From assembly GCA_043725085.1 (NCBI GenBank), contig JAYSLY010000014.1, positions 2,748-66,747 of the forward strand: a DNA stretch of 64,000 nucleotides, written 5' to 3'. The notes under the pieces are model-generated. The model saw only the letters and a list, made by a program, of their open reading frames with translations, had not been told where the DNA came from and made no database searches. Positions within the stretch are counted from its first letter, which is position 1. Every line of letters begins with the position of its first letter. Shown one piece after another: positions 38,801 to 48,239 of this stretch. Origin of the DNA: a bacterium (GTDB taxonomy: Bacteria; Patescibacteriota; Minisyncoccia; Moranbacterales; UBA2206). The translations under genes and the position numbers were made by a program.

Positions 38801-40195
38801 TTAGGACTGCAAAACCTCCCAATGTCCGCCTTTGTCCGGACCAATTCTTTTGATTATACCTTTCTCCTTTAACACACTAAGATTCCATTCAACTCCTCTT
38901 CGGCTAAGACCGGTTTTCATTATCAGCTCTTTTGTGGTAATAGCAGGAGCTTCCCTGATCATATCGACTATTTTCTCCACAGTTTTCTCCACAGTTTTCT
39001 CCCTAGCTTTCTCTCCAAATTCTTTACTCAAAATAGTAAACCTAAAACCTCCGGAACTCTCTTCGATTAAAGGCTCAGCCAGTCCATATTCTTTTATTTG
39101 TTCAATAGCCCGCTTAACCCCGCTGCCGTATCTTTCAATCAATCCAGCATCACGAAAAATTTCCGCTACCAGTTTGTTGCGTGGTTTCGATTCACGTTTT
39201 CCCTCCTTAACATCTTCAATGGTAAAATCAAAAGGCAACCAACCACTATTCCAAAGCACGAGCTTGTCAAAATAAACTCGAAATTGGGAATGAGTCCCTT
39301 CTTGATAATCCCGATGAATGATCGCGTTGATCACTATTTCTCGGATAGCGTCAATGGGATATTGCCACCTTTCTTCCCGTTGTGGACGACCGGTTATAAT
39401 AAATTCTTTCAAGATATACGTCTTGATAAAATCCATCACTTCATCCGCCTCGCTAATTAAATCCTGCCGAATTATTTTGTTTTTCTTAATCGTGATATCA
39501 TCCTGGAATAAGCCTATTTGGATATCGGTTTGCCGAGAAGGAACTTTTGAAAATAACAGCAAACTGGCATTGGCTGGATAGTCATTACCATCTTCTTCCA
39601 CTATTAAAGAATATTTGCGCAAAAAATTGAAAGCACCACCCAAATCAATCCCTAGATTGCTTTCGATCATACCCTTGACTTTCTCAATTTTTTCCAAATC
39701 TAAATCATCCAAACTTTTTTCTTTATTGGGATAAAAATCCCAACTGGAGTTTTTTGTCCGCAGATACATCTCGGATATTTCCTGCAAAGTCAAAAGATGA
39801 TTACCATTATTTTTTCGCAAATAAAAACGCCCCTTGAAAGACACGGGCTTCAAGGGAAATTCAGCTACCTCAAAAATAACAACCGTTTTATTGTCAATTA
39901 TTCGATTTTCGATTTCAACACTCAGAAAGGGTTGCGTTTTACTTCTGATTTCGCTAGCCCAAGACCCAATACTCTCCCGATTCAAGTCTATGCCCTTAAT
40001 TTTTCTATTATCGGATACGCCAATAATCACCACCCCGCCTCGATGATTCGCCATAGCAACCAAGCTGATAATTACCTCATCGGAAAAAGATGATTTCAAT
40101 TCAACATTCACACTCTCCCCGTTTTTTATCAGTTCTTTTATTGTTTTTGTGTCCATAAACCAAAATAAAAAATCAGCCAGTAGCTTTTCTTTCAA
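38801..40195 (-). CDS. AlbA_2 (Schlafen-like 'divergent AAA') + HATPase_c_4 + C-terminal wHTH putative nucleic-acid-binding ATPase/regulator
   Basis: The 464-aa ORF shows the RecG-C-terminal-like/AlbA_2 N-domain pattern (VELKSSF...ANHRGGVVIIGV), an HATPase_c_4-like middle region, and a C-terminal winged HTH (ITTKELIMKTGLSRRGVEWNLSVLKEKGII). Confidence 0.6.
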   Translation of the reverse strand: MKEKLLADFLFWFMDTKTIKELIKNGESVNVELKSSFSDEVIISLVAMANHRGGVVIIGVSDNRKIKGIDLNRESIGSWASEIRSKTQPFLSVEIENRIIDNKTVVIFEVAEFPLKPVSFKGRFYLRKNNGNHLLTLQEISEMYLRTKNSSWDFYPNKEKSLDDLDLEKIEKVKGMIESNLGIDLGGAFNFLRKYSLIVEEDGNDYPANASLLLFSKVPSRQTDIQIGLFQDDITIKKNKIIRQDLISEADEVMDFIKTYILKEFIITGRPQREERWQYPIDAIREIVINAIIHRDYQEGTHSQFRVYFDKLVLWNSGWLPFDFTIEDVKEGKRESKPRNKLVAEIFRDAGLIERYGSGVKRAIEQIKEYGLAEPLIEESSGGFRFTILSKEFGEKAREKTVEKTVEKIVDMIREAPAITTKELIMKTGLSRRGVEWNLSVLKEKGIIKRIGPDKGGHWEVLQS

Positions 40196-40206
40196 CTTTT
40201 CTATTC

Positions 40207-40240
40207 TAGCACATCCTGGCTATTGCTTCCAATTTTCCCG
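40207..40240. repeat. 34-bp direct repeat copy 2
   Basis: It is identical to 38728..38761 and overlaps the last 7 codons plus the stop of the GT2 gene 40220..41254. Confidence 0.85.
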
Positions 40241-41254
40241 GCTCATTTCCGCTTGATTGAAAATTCCCGCCACTTTCCCCCAGCCATAGACGAAAAGTGT
40301 CACCCAGCAAGCGGGAACGTGAAAAAACCAGGCCAAATCCCTTTTGCGCTTGTAGCCGATGAGAGCTTGTCCAAGCAAGGGGAAAATGAAGATGGTATAA
40401 AAAATAAATTTCAAAAGGCCAAGAGACGATTCTCCGCCAATCTCGAATTTGCTCCAATCAAAAACGCGGGATTTGTTTTTTTTGTGAAAAGTATAATCTT
40501 TGATCCGTCTTTGTTGTTTTCTGATAAATTTACCAAAATCCGCTTCGCAAAAGGTGTGAATGATACCTACCTTGACTTTGGCAATATGAATCAACCCTTT
40601 TTCGGCGATTTCTTTGGCAATAACATCGATATCAAAAAGATACTTTCCCGTGTTAATTTCTTGCAAAAAAGCAGTGCGAAAGATTGTTCCATTTGCTCCA
40701 ACTGTCGGAATTCCCGCCTTGGTCAGTTTTATCTTAAGATATCCTGCAAAATCTTCTTCTTCGTGTGGCACAGCGGTCCATTTTTTGGTGAGATAATTCC
40801 AACGATCATAGTTACCCAAAAAAAGGCACACCGGATCATTCATCCCGATGAGCGCGCAGTAACGCTCAATGTAGCCGCCTTCTAAGCGGTAGGTATATTT
40901 GATTGGCTCAGATAGTTTTATTTCCGAATCAGAAAAAGGCGCAACCATTTTTCTAAGCCACCCCGAATCCGGCAAAAAATTATCCGAATCCAAAATCAGC
41001 ACCAATTCATTTTTTACCTCTTTGAGCGCAACCGCCTTGCCGGATTCTCCGGTTTTGAGCGGATTGGAAAAAACCCGTCCGCCATATTTTTTAGCAATCG
41101 CGATAGTTTTGTCAGTTGATCCGCCATCACCGACAACCAATTCGATCCGGTCTTGGGGATAATCTTGCGAAGTCAGGCGCTTGAGACATTCCTCGAGCAC
41201 TGCCTCGGCATTGAGCGTCGCCATGCAAACACTGATTTTTGGTAGATTTTCCAT
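40220..41254 (-). CDS. glycosyltransferase family 2 (Dpm1/ArnC-like)
   Basis: It has the GT-A N-terminus (ISVCMATLNAEAVLEECL; VVGDGGSTD) and a C-terminal TM region. Confidence 0.75.
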   Translation of the reverse strand: MENLPKISVCMATLNAEAVLEECLKRLTSQDYPQDRIELVVGDGGSTDKTIAIAKKYGGRVFSNPLKTGESGKAVALKEVKNELVLILDSDNFLPDSGWLRKMVAPFSDSEIKLSEPIKYTYRLEGGYIERYCALIGMNDPVCLFLGNYDRWNYLTKKWTAVPHEEEDFAGYLKIKLTKAGIPTVGANGTIFRTAFLQEINTGKYLFDIDVIAKEIAEKGLIHIAKVKVGIIHTFCEADFGKFIRKQQRRIKDYTFHKKNKSRVFDWSKFEIGGESSLGLLKFIFYTIFIFPLLGQALIGYKRKRDLAWFFHVPACWVTLFVYGWGKVAGIFNQAEMSRENWKQ

Positions 41255-41274
41255 CTATTTCTTATGCCTTGATT

Positions 41275-42276
41275 TTACTTATCATACCCATTCGGATGCC
41301 CCGCATACCATTTTTTCAAACTTTCCACGCTCTCGGCGATACCTTTTTTGGAATGCCACTTGAGAATTTTTTGCGCCTTTTTGGGATTGGCAAAAATATT
41401 GGCGTATTCCCCTTTTCTAGCCTTAGCCTTTTTCTTTTTTAATTTTATTCCGAAATTCTTTTCCACTTCATTTACAATTTCTTTGACTGAATAGCCCTTG
41501 CCATTGCCCAGGTTGAACACTTCGCTTTTTCCACCTTTTTCCAAATACTCATAGGCGGCGAAATGCGCCTCAACCAAATCTTCCACGTCGATATAATCGC
41601 GAATCGGTGTGCCATCGGGCGTTTTTACTTTGGCACAAGTGAAGGCAAATGGCTCGATTCCCATTGCCCCGCGCACAGCATTTTGCACCAAAAGCTGAGA
41701 CGGTTTTTTACTGTCTCCGATTATGCCTGAAGTGGCTGCGCCACAAATATTGAAATAGCGCAAAATCACATGTCGAATCCCGAAAGCTTCATACCAGGGC
41801 AGCATTTTCTCTACCAATAGCTTTGATTCGCCATAGGGATTGATCGGATCTTGCGGATGCGCTTCATCGACTGGCAAATATTTGGTCTCGCCATAGGTCG
41901 CGCAAGTTGAAGAAAAAATGATTTTCCCGACTTTGTGCTTTTTCATTGCTTCCAAAAGGTTGAGGCTCCCCAAAACGTTGTTGTCAAAATATAGCCCCGG
42001 GTTTTCCATCGACTCGTTCACGAGACAAAGCGCGGCAAAATGCAAAACTCCATCAATTCTATGTTTGCGGAAAACTTTTTCAATGTCCGCTTTGTTTCTC
42101 AAATCACCTTCCACAAAATCTAGCTTACCAATCTTTTTCAGAATGTTAATCGGCTCGCGAAAGCCACGAAACAGATTATCAAAAACCACCACGTCGTAGC
42201 CCTTTTCCAGGAATAACTTAACGGCGTGAGAGCCGATATATCCCGCGCCGCCGGTGATTAGTATTTTCTTTTTCAT
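41275..42276 (-). CDS. galE: UDP-glucose 4-epimerase
   Basis: An SDR N-terminus ([14 protein letters not shown]) and the YxxxK catalytic dyad are present in a 333-aa ORF. Confidence 0.85.
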   Translation of the reverse strand: MKKKILITGGAGYIGSHAVKLFLEKGYDVVVFDNLFRGFREPINILKKIGKLDFVEGDLRNKADIEKVFRKHRIDGVLHFAALCLVNESMENPGLYFDNNVLGSLNLLEAMKKHKVGKIIFSSTCATYGETKYLPVDEAHPQDPINPYGESKLLVEKMLPWYEAFGIRHVILRYFNICGAATSGIIGDSKKPSQLLVQNAVRGAMGIEPFAFTCAKVKTPDGTPIRDYIDVEDLVEAHFAAYEYLEKGGKSEVFNLGNGKGYSVKEIVNEVEKNFGIKLKKKKAKARKGEYANIFANPKKAQKILKWHSKKGIAESVESLKKWYAGHPNGYDK

Positions 42277-43211
42277 AGAGTTATTCCTCGAAAATATTCA
42301 ATTGTCTTTTTTAGTCCCTCTTCCAATTGAATTGTCGGCTCCCAGTCCAATTCTTTTTTGGCGAGAGAGATGTCCGGTTTTCTTTGTTTTGGATCGTCTT
42401 GTGGCAAATCTTTGAAGATAATTTTACTCGTACTTTCCGGAATCATCGCAATCACTTTTTCGGCTAATTCTTTGATAGTAAACTCGACCGGATTGCCAAT
42501 GTTTACCGGCCCGACAAAGCCATTTTCATTATTCATCATCTTGGTCATCCCGGCAATCAGGTCGTCAACATATTGAAAGCTGCGTGTTTGCATTCCGTCG
42601 CCATAGATTGTGATATCTTCATTTTTGAGCGCTTGCACAATGAAATTTGAAACGACGCGCCCATCATGCGGATGCATATTTGGTCCATAAGTATTGAAAA
42701 TTCTGATCACGCGAATAGGCAAATTGTGCTGCCTGTAGTAGTCAAAAAAAAGAGTTTCAGCACAACGCTTGCCTTCGTCATAGCAAGAGCGGATTCCAAT
42801 CGGATTGACGCGCCCCCAATAACTTTCCACTTGCGGGTGCACTTCCGGATCGCCATAGACTTCCGAAGTGGAAGCCTGCAAGATTTTGGCTTTGGTTCTT
42901 TTGGCGAGTCCAAGCATATTGATCGCGCCATGCACGGAAGTTTTGGTTGTTTGAACCGGATCAAATTGATAGTGAATAGGAGAAGCCGGGCAAGCTAGAT
43001 TGTAGATTTGATCAACTTCAACGTAGAGTGGAAAAGTAACATCGTGACGCATAAATTCAAAACGCTTATTCTCCATCAAATCAAGGATGTTGTTTTTGTT
43101 CCCTGTGAAAAAATTATCCGCACAAATCACTTCATTCCCCTCCGCAAGAAGTTTACGACAAAGATGCGACCCGATAAATCCCGCACCACCCGTTACTAAG
43201 ATTTTTTTCAT
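42273..43211 (-). CDS. UDP-glucuronate decarboxylase (UDP-xylose synthase)
   Basis: It carries the UXS/ArnA-decarboxylase-type SDR signature ([16 protein letters not shown]...ADNFFTG) in a 312-aa ORF. Confidence 0.8.
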   Translation of the reverse strand: MKKILVTGGAGFIGSHLCRKLLAEGNEVICADNFFTGNKNNILDLMENKRFEFMRHDVTFPLYVEVDQIYNLACPASPIHYQFDPVQTTKTSVHGAINMLGLAKRTKAKILQASTSEVYGDPEVHPQVESYWGRVNPIGIRSCYDEGKRCAETLFFDYYRQHNLPIRVIRIFNTYGPNMHPHDGRVVSNFIVQALKNEDITIYGDGMQTRSFQYVDDLIAGMTKMMNNENGFVGPVNIGNPVEFTIKELAEKVIAMIPESTSKIIFKDLPQDDPKQRKPDISLAKKELDWEPTIQLEEGLKKTIEYFRGITL

Positions 43212-43225
43212 AGTATTTTTATTAT

Positions 43226-43771
43226 TTAATCAAATTTAACTTCTACTCTTTTTTTGAGATACTTTTCATAATTTTGCGGACTGTTGATGTAGTAAATGTC
43301 AAAATTGTGTTTTATGCGATAGACTATGGAATAGGACTTAATTGGCGTTTCATCAATAACAACATCAGCGCACAAATGGAAAAAAAGTCCTAGAGCAAGA
43401 CTCAAAAAAATTGTTTTCGCATATTTATTTCTGAGTAGCAGTGTTAATAGCACGAGGATTATAACATACTCCCAACCGTGAAACAAAACGTAAATTTTCC
43501 CCGATTTCAAAAATTGATAGCCATTTTTGAAATATTCCCAATTCCAATTCCAACCAAAAGCCAGATAATAATCAATAAAGTGGTCAAGATCAACTAAAAA
43601 ACCTCCGATAATACCAAAGGTGAAAGCTAAAAACGGTTTTTTCCAAATTCGCCAAACAATCCCTCCAGCCAGCAGACTGAAAAATATATGAATAGAGAGA
43701 TGTGTAGGCAGCGATAGAATCATAGAAAAAAATTTATCAGCATTCTTCTTTTTTTGATTTAGAAAAATCAA
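43226..43771 (-). CDS. membrane-bound metal-dependent hydrolase-like protein (YdjM/DUF457-like)
   Basis: A polytopic membrane protein carrying LPTHLSIH and DLDHFID motifs. Confidence 0.4.
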   Translation of the reverse strand: MIFLNQKKKNADKFFSMILSLPTHLSIHIFFSLLAGGIVWRIWKKPFLAFTFGIIGGFLVDLDHFIDYYLAFGWNWNWEYFKNGYQFLKSGKIYVLFHGWEYVIILVLLTLLLRNKYAKTIFLSLALGLFFHLCADVVIDETPIKSYSIVYRIKHNFDIYYINSPQNYEKYLKKRVEVKFD

Positions 43772-45212
43772 TCATCTTTCCCAGCCATTTCCAACCAGCC
43801 ATAAACAGGAATTTGATATCGGCAAAATTTCTGATGGAAATTACTTTCCGCCAGATAAACTGCGGGCTGGCAAAAGATTTATACAGTCCTTGCACGAGAT
43901 TTTTTGCTTCTTGCGAACTGATCTGGGATTTCATTACCATTTCTCTTTGATCATAATGAGCATAATCCTTAGTAAGCAATAAATCGTTTTCTTGGCAGTA
44001 TTTATGCAATGGCGTTCCAGGATATGGAATAGTAATTGTACCTTGCAAAGTGTCAACGTAGCCTTTTTTGAAAAGTGTTGCAGCGAGGTTGATCGTCCGC
44101 TCAGCCATTTCCTTTGTCTCCCAAGGATAGCCAATCATAGCGGTGATATGCGGCTCGAGTCCGGCATCTTTGCAAAGTTTCAGCCCCGGCTCAATTTCCT
44201 CAACTTTGAGATTCTTATCAATCCGATCGAGTGTTTCTTGATTAGCCGATTCAAGGCCAAAAAGCACAAAGCGGAAACCGGCTTTTTTCATGAGCGCCCA
44301 AATTTTTGGATCGCGAATTCCGGTGATGCGCATATTGCAACTCATGGTAATTTTTTTGTTGTACCCGCGCGCAATCATGCCATTGCAAAATTCCTCGAGC
44401 CACTGCCCGATCGGAAGCGATCCGGAATCTTCCATAATTTCGCGCGCACCCAATTTGATCAGATTTCCCACTTCGTCAAGTGCTTTCTGAGCCGACATAG
44501 TACGGAAATTTTTCCCCGGAAAAAGAATGGTCCAAGCACAAAAAGTGCACCTTCCCCACCAACAATCTCGCCCGCTCATCATATATGCTCCGGGAGTATA
44601 TTTGAAATTACCATTTTTATACGCATAGAGTTTCCATTTTGTCAGCTCTCGATCAATGAGAGGCAAGCTATTGAGATCATGTTTGGACAAATCAGCCGGA
44701 CCGGAATTGGTAACTTTTCCCTCTCCATTGCGAAACCAAAATCCACCCTCCAAAGCTTCGCCGGTTTTCAAATGATTCGCTAGATTTAGAAGCATAAAAT
44801 CATAATCACCACTGGCAATCACAAAATCTGCAAGCGAATTTTGCATCGACTCCTCGGGAAATGCCGTGACATGATCGCCCATAAGCACTATTTTTGTCTT
44901 GGGAAGTTCTGTTTTTAGTCTGGCAATAACATCCCAATGCATCTTGATGACAGGGGTTTTCGTTTCGAGCGCAATAAGCTCCGGCGCTTCAGTCACAATT
45001 CTTTTTTTCCAAGCTTCAAAACTCAAACCTTCAGCGATACCTTCGTCCCAAAACACATCATAGCCCTTCTTTTTAAGCAAGGATGCGGCATAGGCCGGAA
45101 TGACCGGATAGATATAGGTTGGGGTGCTAAACCATTGGAATTGACGATTTTGACCAAGACAAGCAATACCCTTATTTGATTTTAGGGGCGGATAGGAAAT
45201 AGCGATTTTCAT
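43737..45212 (-). CDS. B12-binding domain radical SAM enzyme
   Basis: An N-terminal B12-binding-like domain precedes the radical SAM motif CWWGRCTFC. The start was set at MKIAISYPP to avoid overlap with rnc. Confidence 0.75.
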   Translation of the reverse strand: MKIAISYPPLKSNKGIACLGQNRQFQWFSTPTYIYPVIPAYAASLLKKKGYDVFWDEGIAEGLSFEAWKKRIVTEAPELIALETKTPVIKMHWDVIARLKTELPKTKIVLMGDHVTAFPEESMQNSLADFVIASGDYDFMLLNLANHLKTGEALEGGFWFRNGEGKVTNSGPADLSKHDLNSLPLIDRELTKWKLYAYKNGNFKYTPGAYMMSGRDCWWGRCTFCAWTILFPGKNFRTMSAQKALDEVGNLIKLGAREIMEDSGSLPIGQWLEEFCNGMIARGYNKKITMSCNMRITGIRDPKIWALMKKAGFRFVLFGLESANQETLDRIDKNLKVEEIEPGLKLCKDAGLEPHITAMIGYPWETKEMAERTINLAATLFKKGYVDTLQGTITIPYPGTPLHKYCQENDLLLTKDYAHYDQREMVMKSQISSQEAKNLVQGLYKSFASPQFIWRKVISIRNFADIKFLFMAGWKWLGKMIDFSKSKKEEC

Positions 45213-45264
45213 AATTATTTGATTAATTAATTTTCCGTAAAAAGCCGCTTTATGGCTCCTCAAG

Positions 45265-45957
45265 TTACCAACCCTTCTCCTCTAATGCTTTTTCCGCCGC
45301 ATTTCTTTGCGCTTCTTGTTTGGAAAGTCCCTCGCCTTTAGCTGCCATTTCTTCTCCCACATAGGCGCCAACAATGAATTTCTTATCATGATCCGGTCCG
45401 GTTTCTTCAAGAACTCGATAAGACGGAGTAAGTCCTGTTCGTTCTTGCGCTTCCTCTTGAAAGCGACTTTTCGCATCAAGGTATAATTTCTTTTCAATAA
45501 TATTAGGCAGTTTTGTCACAACATATTTCAAAATGAATTTTTTGCAAGCATTATAACCTTTTGTTTTTTGATCAAGATAAATTGCTCCGGTAATCGCCTC
45601 GAAGGCATTGGCCAAAAGATATTGACGCGCTCGCCCAGTATCCTTCGCCTCACCGCGACTCATCATCAAATATTCTTCCACGCCGATTTCTCGAGAAATC
45701 ACAGCCAACATTTCGCCGTTTACCAACGCCGCTCGCCAGTTCGTCATCTCCCCTTCGGGATTGTCGGGATAATTATTATAGAGGTACTCTGTCACAACCA
45801 ATTCCAAAACTGCGTCACCCAAAAATTCAAGGCGTTCATTGTGCTCCAGCTTATACTCCCGATGCTCGTTCAAATAGGACCGGTGGGTAACGGCTTGTTG
45901 CAAAAGATCTAAATTATTAAATTTTACACCGACTTTTTTTGCTAATTCCTCAATCAC
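45265..45957 (-). CDS. rnc: ribonuclease III
   Basis: It has the RNase III signature ERLEFLGDAVLE and a C-terminal dsRBD. Confidence 0.9.
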   Translation of the reverse strand: MIEELAKKVGVKFNNLDLLQQAVTHRSYLNEHREYKLEHNERLEFLGDAVLELVVTEYLYNNYPDNPEGEMTNWRAALVNGEMLAVISREIGVEEYLMMSRGEAKDTGRARQYLLANAFEAITGAIYLDQKTKGYNACKKFILKYVVTKLPNIIEKKLYLDAKSRFQEEAQERTGLTPSYRVLEETGPDHDKKFIVGAYVGEEMAAKGEGLSKQEAQRNAAEKALEEKGW

Positions 45958-46048
45958 AAGAATAGATTTCTAATTTCCAATTTTTAAATAATTTACAATG
46001 CTTAAATTTTTAAAAATTATAAAACTAAAAATTTAAAATTAAAAAAAA

Positions 46049-46555
46049 TTAATCAACTTTTTCTTCCTTGGGTTTTGACACGCCCTTATCTTTGACTAGC
46101 TTTTTGTTCTTCTTGGTTGTATCGTCTTTCATTGGCTCGCCGAGTTCTCGATAGATTGTGCCAAGCACTCCGTTCACAAATCGTCCCGAAGATTCTCCAC
46201 CGAAAGACTTGGCTAGCTCAATCGCTTCATTGATTGCTACTTTTGGCGGCACTTCTTTATAGTTACCAAAAAGCAACTCGCAAATCCCTAGGCGCAAGAT
46301 GTTACGATCAACCAGTGTTACTTGATCCAATGGCCATTCTGGCGCGCATTTTTCAATTAAAGGATCAATTTTGTCTTGATTATCTAAAGTTGTTTTCACC
46401 AATAACTCCACAAAAGAGCAATCGTCCATTCCAGGCGCGAACTCTCGAATGTTTTTTTGTATAATTTCCGCGATTGTCTCGTTTTTTCCACCCTTAAAAT
46501 CCCACTCATAGAGAGACTGCATCGCTATTGATCTGGATAGGTGCCGATTTGCCAT
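46049..46555 (-). CDS. nusB: transcription antitermination factor NusB
   Basis: It has a NusB-like all-helical fold with the N-terminal motif [13 protein letters not shown]. Confidence 0.85.
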   Translation of the reverse strand: MANRHLSRSIAMQSLYEWDFKGGKNETIAEIIQKNIREFAPGMDDCSFVELLVKTTLDNQDKIDPLIEKCAPEWPLDQVTLVDRNILRLGICELLFGNYKEVPPKVAINEAIELAKSFGGESSGRFVNGVLGTIYRELGEPMKDDTTKKNKKLVKDKGVSKPKEEKVD

Positions 46556-46578
46556 TTTTAAGAAATACTAGGAAATGT

Positions 46579-46785
46579 TTATTTTTTCTTCGCTTTACGA
46601 GCCAATTTTTTGGTTGTGTCAATCACTTCTTTGCCCTTATATTGGCCACAATTACTGCAAACAATGTGGGCTTCGATTTGAGTCTTACAATTCGTGCATT
46701 CCACTAAATTTTTTGGTTTTAGTTTATAGAACACTCGAGCGCGGTCTCTTCTGGCCTTAGTATGGCGTTTTCTTGCTACTGGCAT
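46579..46785 (-). CDS. rpmF: 50S ribosomal protein L32
   Basis: An N-terminal basic RHTKARRDRAR motif and a C4 zinc ribbon (CTNCKT...CSNCGQYKGKEV) are present. Confidence 0.7.
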   Translation of the reverse strand: MPVARKRHTKARRDRARVFYKLKPKNLVECTNCKTQIEAHIVCSNCGQYKGKEVIDTTKKLARKAKKK

Positions 46786-46854
46786 AGTTTAAATATAATA
46801 GTTAATCTGTTATGCAATATATCACTAATATTGTTATTTGGCAAACATGCGCCC

Positions 46855-46927
46855 CGTACACACCCCGTAGAGACGCCCGGCTGGGGCGTCTTTGCATTAT
46901 CGTTACATTATAGACGCCCCAGCGGGG
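46855..46927. promoter_or_regulatory. GC-rich twin-hairpin element between the cyclophilin gene and rpmF (terminator and/or structured element)
   Basis: Two near-identical hairpins, AGACGCCC-GGCTG-GGGCGTCT (46861..46881) and AGACGCCCC-AGC-GGGGCGTCT (46902..46922), are separated by an AT-rich 20-mer and bracketed by CGTAG...CTACG. Confidence 0.5.
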
Positions 46928-46938
46928 CGTCTCTACGA

Positions 46939-47706
46939 TCATTTATCCAAAGGCGTAACGCTCACAATACTCACGTCCTCCACCGGGCGATCAGGCGAAG
47001 TTGTCTTGACACTTTCAATCTTAAGCGCGGTGTCCATGCCGCTCACCACCTCACCAAAAACCGTATAACTTGGCGGCAACGCTACGCTGGGATCAGCCGT
47101 CACAATGAAAAATTGACTGCCATTGGTATCGGGACCGGAATTGGCCATTGCCAATGTTCCTTGCGGATATTTTTCTGTACCTTTTAACTCATCAGGAAAT
47201 TTATACCCTGGGCCACCGGTTCCCCAACTGCCTTTTGCGGCATCATCTTTAGAAAGAGGATCTCCGGTTTGAATCATAAAACCCTTAATCACGCGATGGA
47301 ATTTTGTATTGGCATAGAAATTTGCTTGGGCTAGTTGTAGAAAATTAGTCACAGTGAGTGGCGTGTCAGTGCCATAAAATTTTACCTTAATATCCCCCAG
47401 ACTGGTTTTGATTGTGGCAAAAGGATATTTTTTGATCAAATCCTGATTGACCACTGGTGCTTTTGGTGCGTTTGTACTCATGTTATTTTCTTCATTTAGC
47501 GAGTTACTTAGGTTAGTATTTTCTTTTTGTGTTGCATCGGACACATTTTCTTGTGCCTTCTTTTTGGCATCAATCAGGCCACTTGCCAGTCCCGTCGCTT
47601 GACCTGCAGCTTTGTCCGCCGCACTGTTATCCCCATTAGAACAACCAGAAAACACCATAAGCAGAAAAAACAATCCTACCAAACTGATAGCTCTTTTTGT
47701 TTGCAT
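46939..47706 (-). CDS. cyclophilin-type peptidyl-prolyl cis-trans isomerase, secreted/lipoprotein
   Basis: A signal peptide with lipobox-like SGCS is followed by cyclophilin motifs (FHRVIKGFMIQTGDP; LAMANSGPDTNGSQFFI). Confidence 0.85.
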   Translation of the reverse strand: MQTKRAISLVGLFFLLMVFSGCSNGDNSAADKAAGQATGLASGLIDAKKKAQENVSDATQKENTNLSNSLNEENNMSTNAPKAPVVNQDLIKKYPFATIKTSLGDIKVKFYGTDTPLTVTNFLQLAQANFYANTKFHRVIKGFMIQTGDPLSKDDAAKGSWGTGGPGYKFPDELKGTEKYPQGTLAMANSGPDTNGSQFFIVTADPSVALPPSYTVFGEVVSGMDTALKIESVKTTSPDRPVEDVSIVSVTPLDK

Positions 47707-47729
47707 ATTACAAAAAAATTAAAAAAATA

Positions 47730-48140
47730 TTACGCTGATTTAAGCGCTACCTTCCTCTTCATAAAAGCTCTATATCTCATCATTTCTTTTTCCAACATTT
47801 CCACTCGCCTAGAAAGAGAATCGTTTTCCTTCGGGGTAAGCTTTTTCTCGCCAATACTGACCAGTTCGGATTTAATCTCTTTCAATTCTTTTTCCATCGC
47901 TTCCAGCCTGTCATCAACGCCAAAGAGATGCTTGAGAGAAATATTTTGATTAGCCTCGAGTTGCTTAAATCTAACATTGGCTTGCTCGAATCCGGCACCC
48001 ATTCCTCGTTCCAGCCCCATTAAACCTTCCGCAACCAATTGAATACTATCATCCATTTTTTCCAAAAGCATTATTACCTGACTCTCACTGAATATTTTTT
48101 TTACCTCCCTATCTTCTGAAATTCGTTTTATTTTTTTCAT
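47730..48140 (-). CDS. small coiled-coil protein, paralog of 38161..38688
   Basis: It shares the N-terminal block LLEKMDDSIQLVAEGLMGLERGMG with its paralog (LLEDMRSDMKLIAEGHQGLDRSIG), followed by coiled coil. Confidence 0.4.
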   Translation of the reverse strand: MKKIKRISEDREVKKIFSESQVIMLLEKMDDSIQLVAEGLMGLERGMGAGFEQANVRFKQLEANQNISLKHLFGVDDRLEAMEKELKEIKSELVSIGEKKLTPKENDSLSRRVEMLEKEMMRYRAFMKRKVALKSA

Positions 48141-48239
48141 AAAGTTTAATTTTAAGCATTGACAATAACTCCCTTATTATACTCAAAAACTAACACCTAG
48201 TCAAACAAGCGAACGAACAATAATTATGATAAAAAAGGC

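Noticed and set aside
40206-40457. An 83-aa minus-strand ORF at the 3' end of the GT2 gene.
   Set aside because: It lies in an alternative frame fully inside the GT2 CDS and has no independent support.
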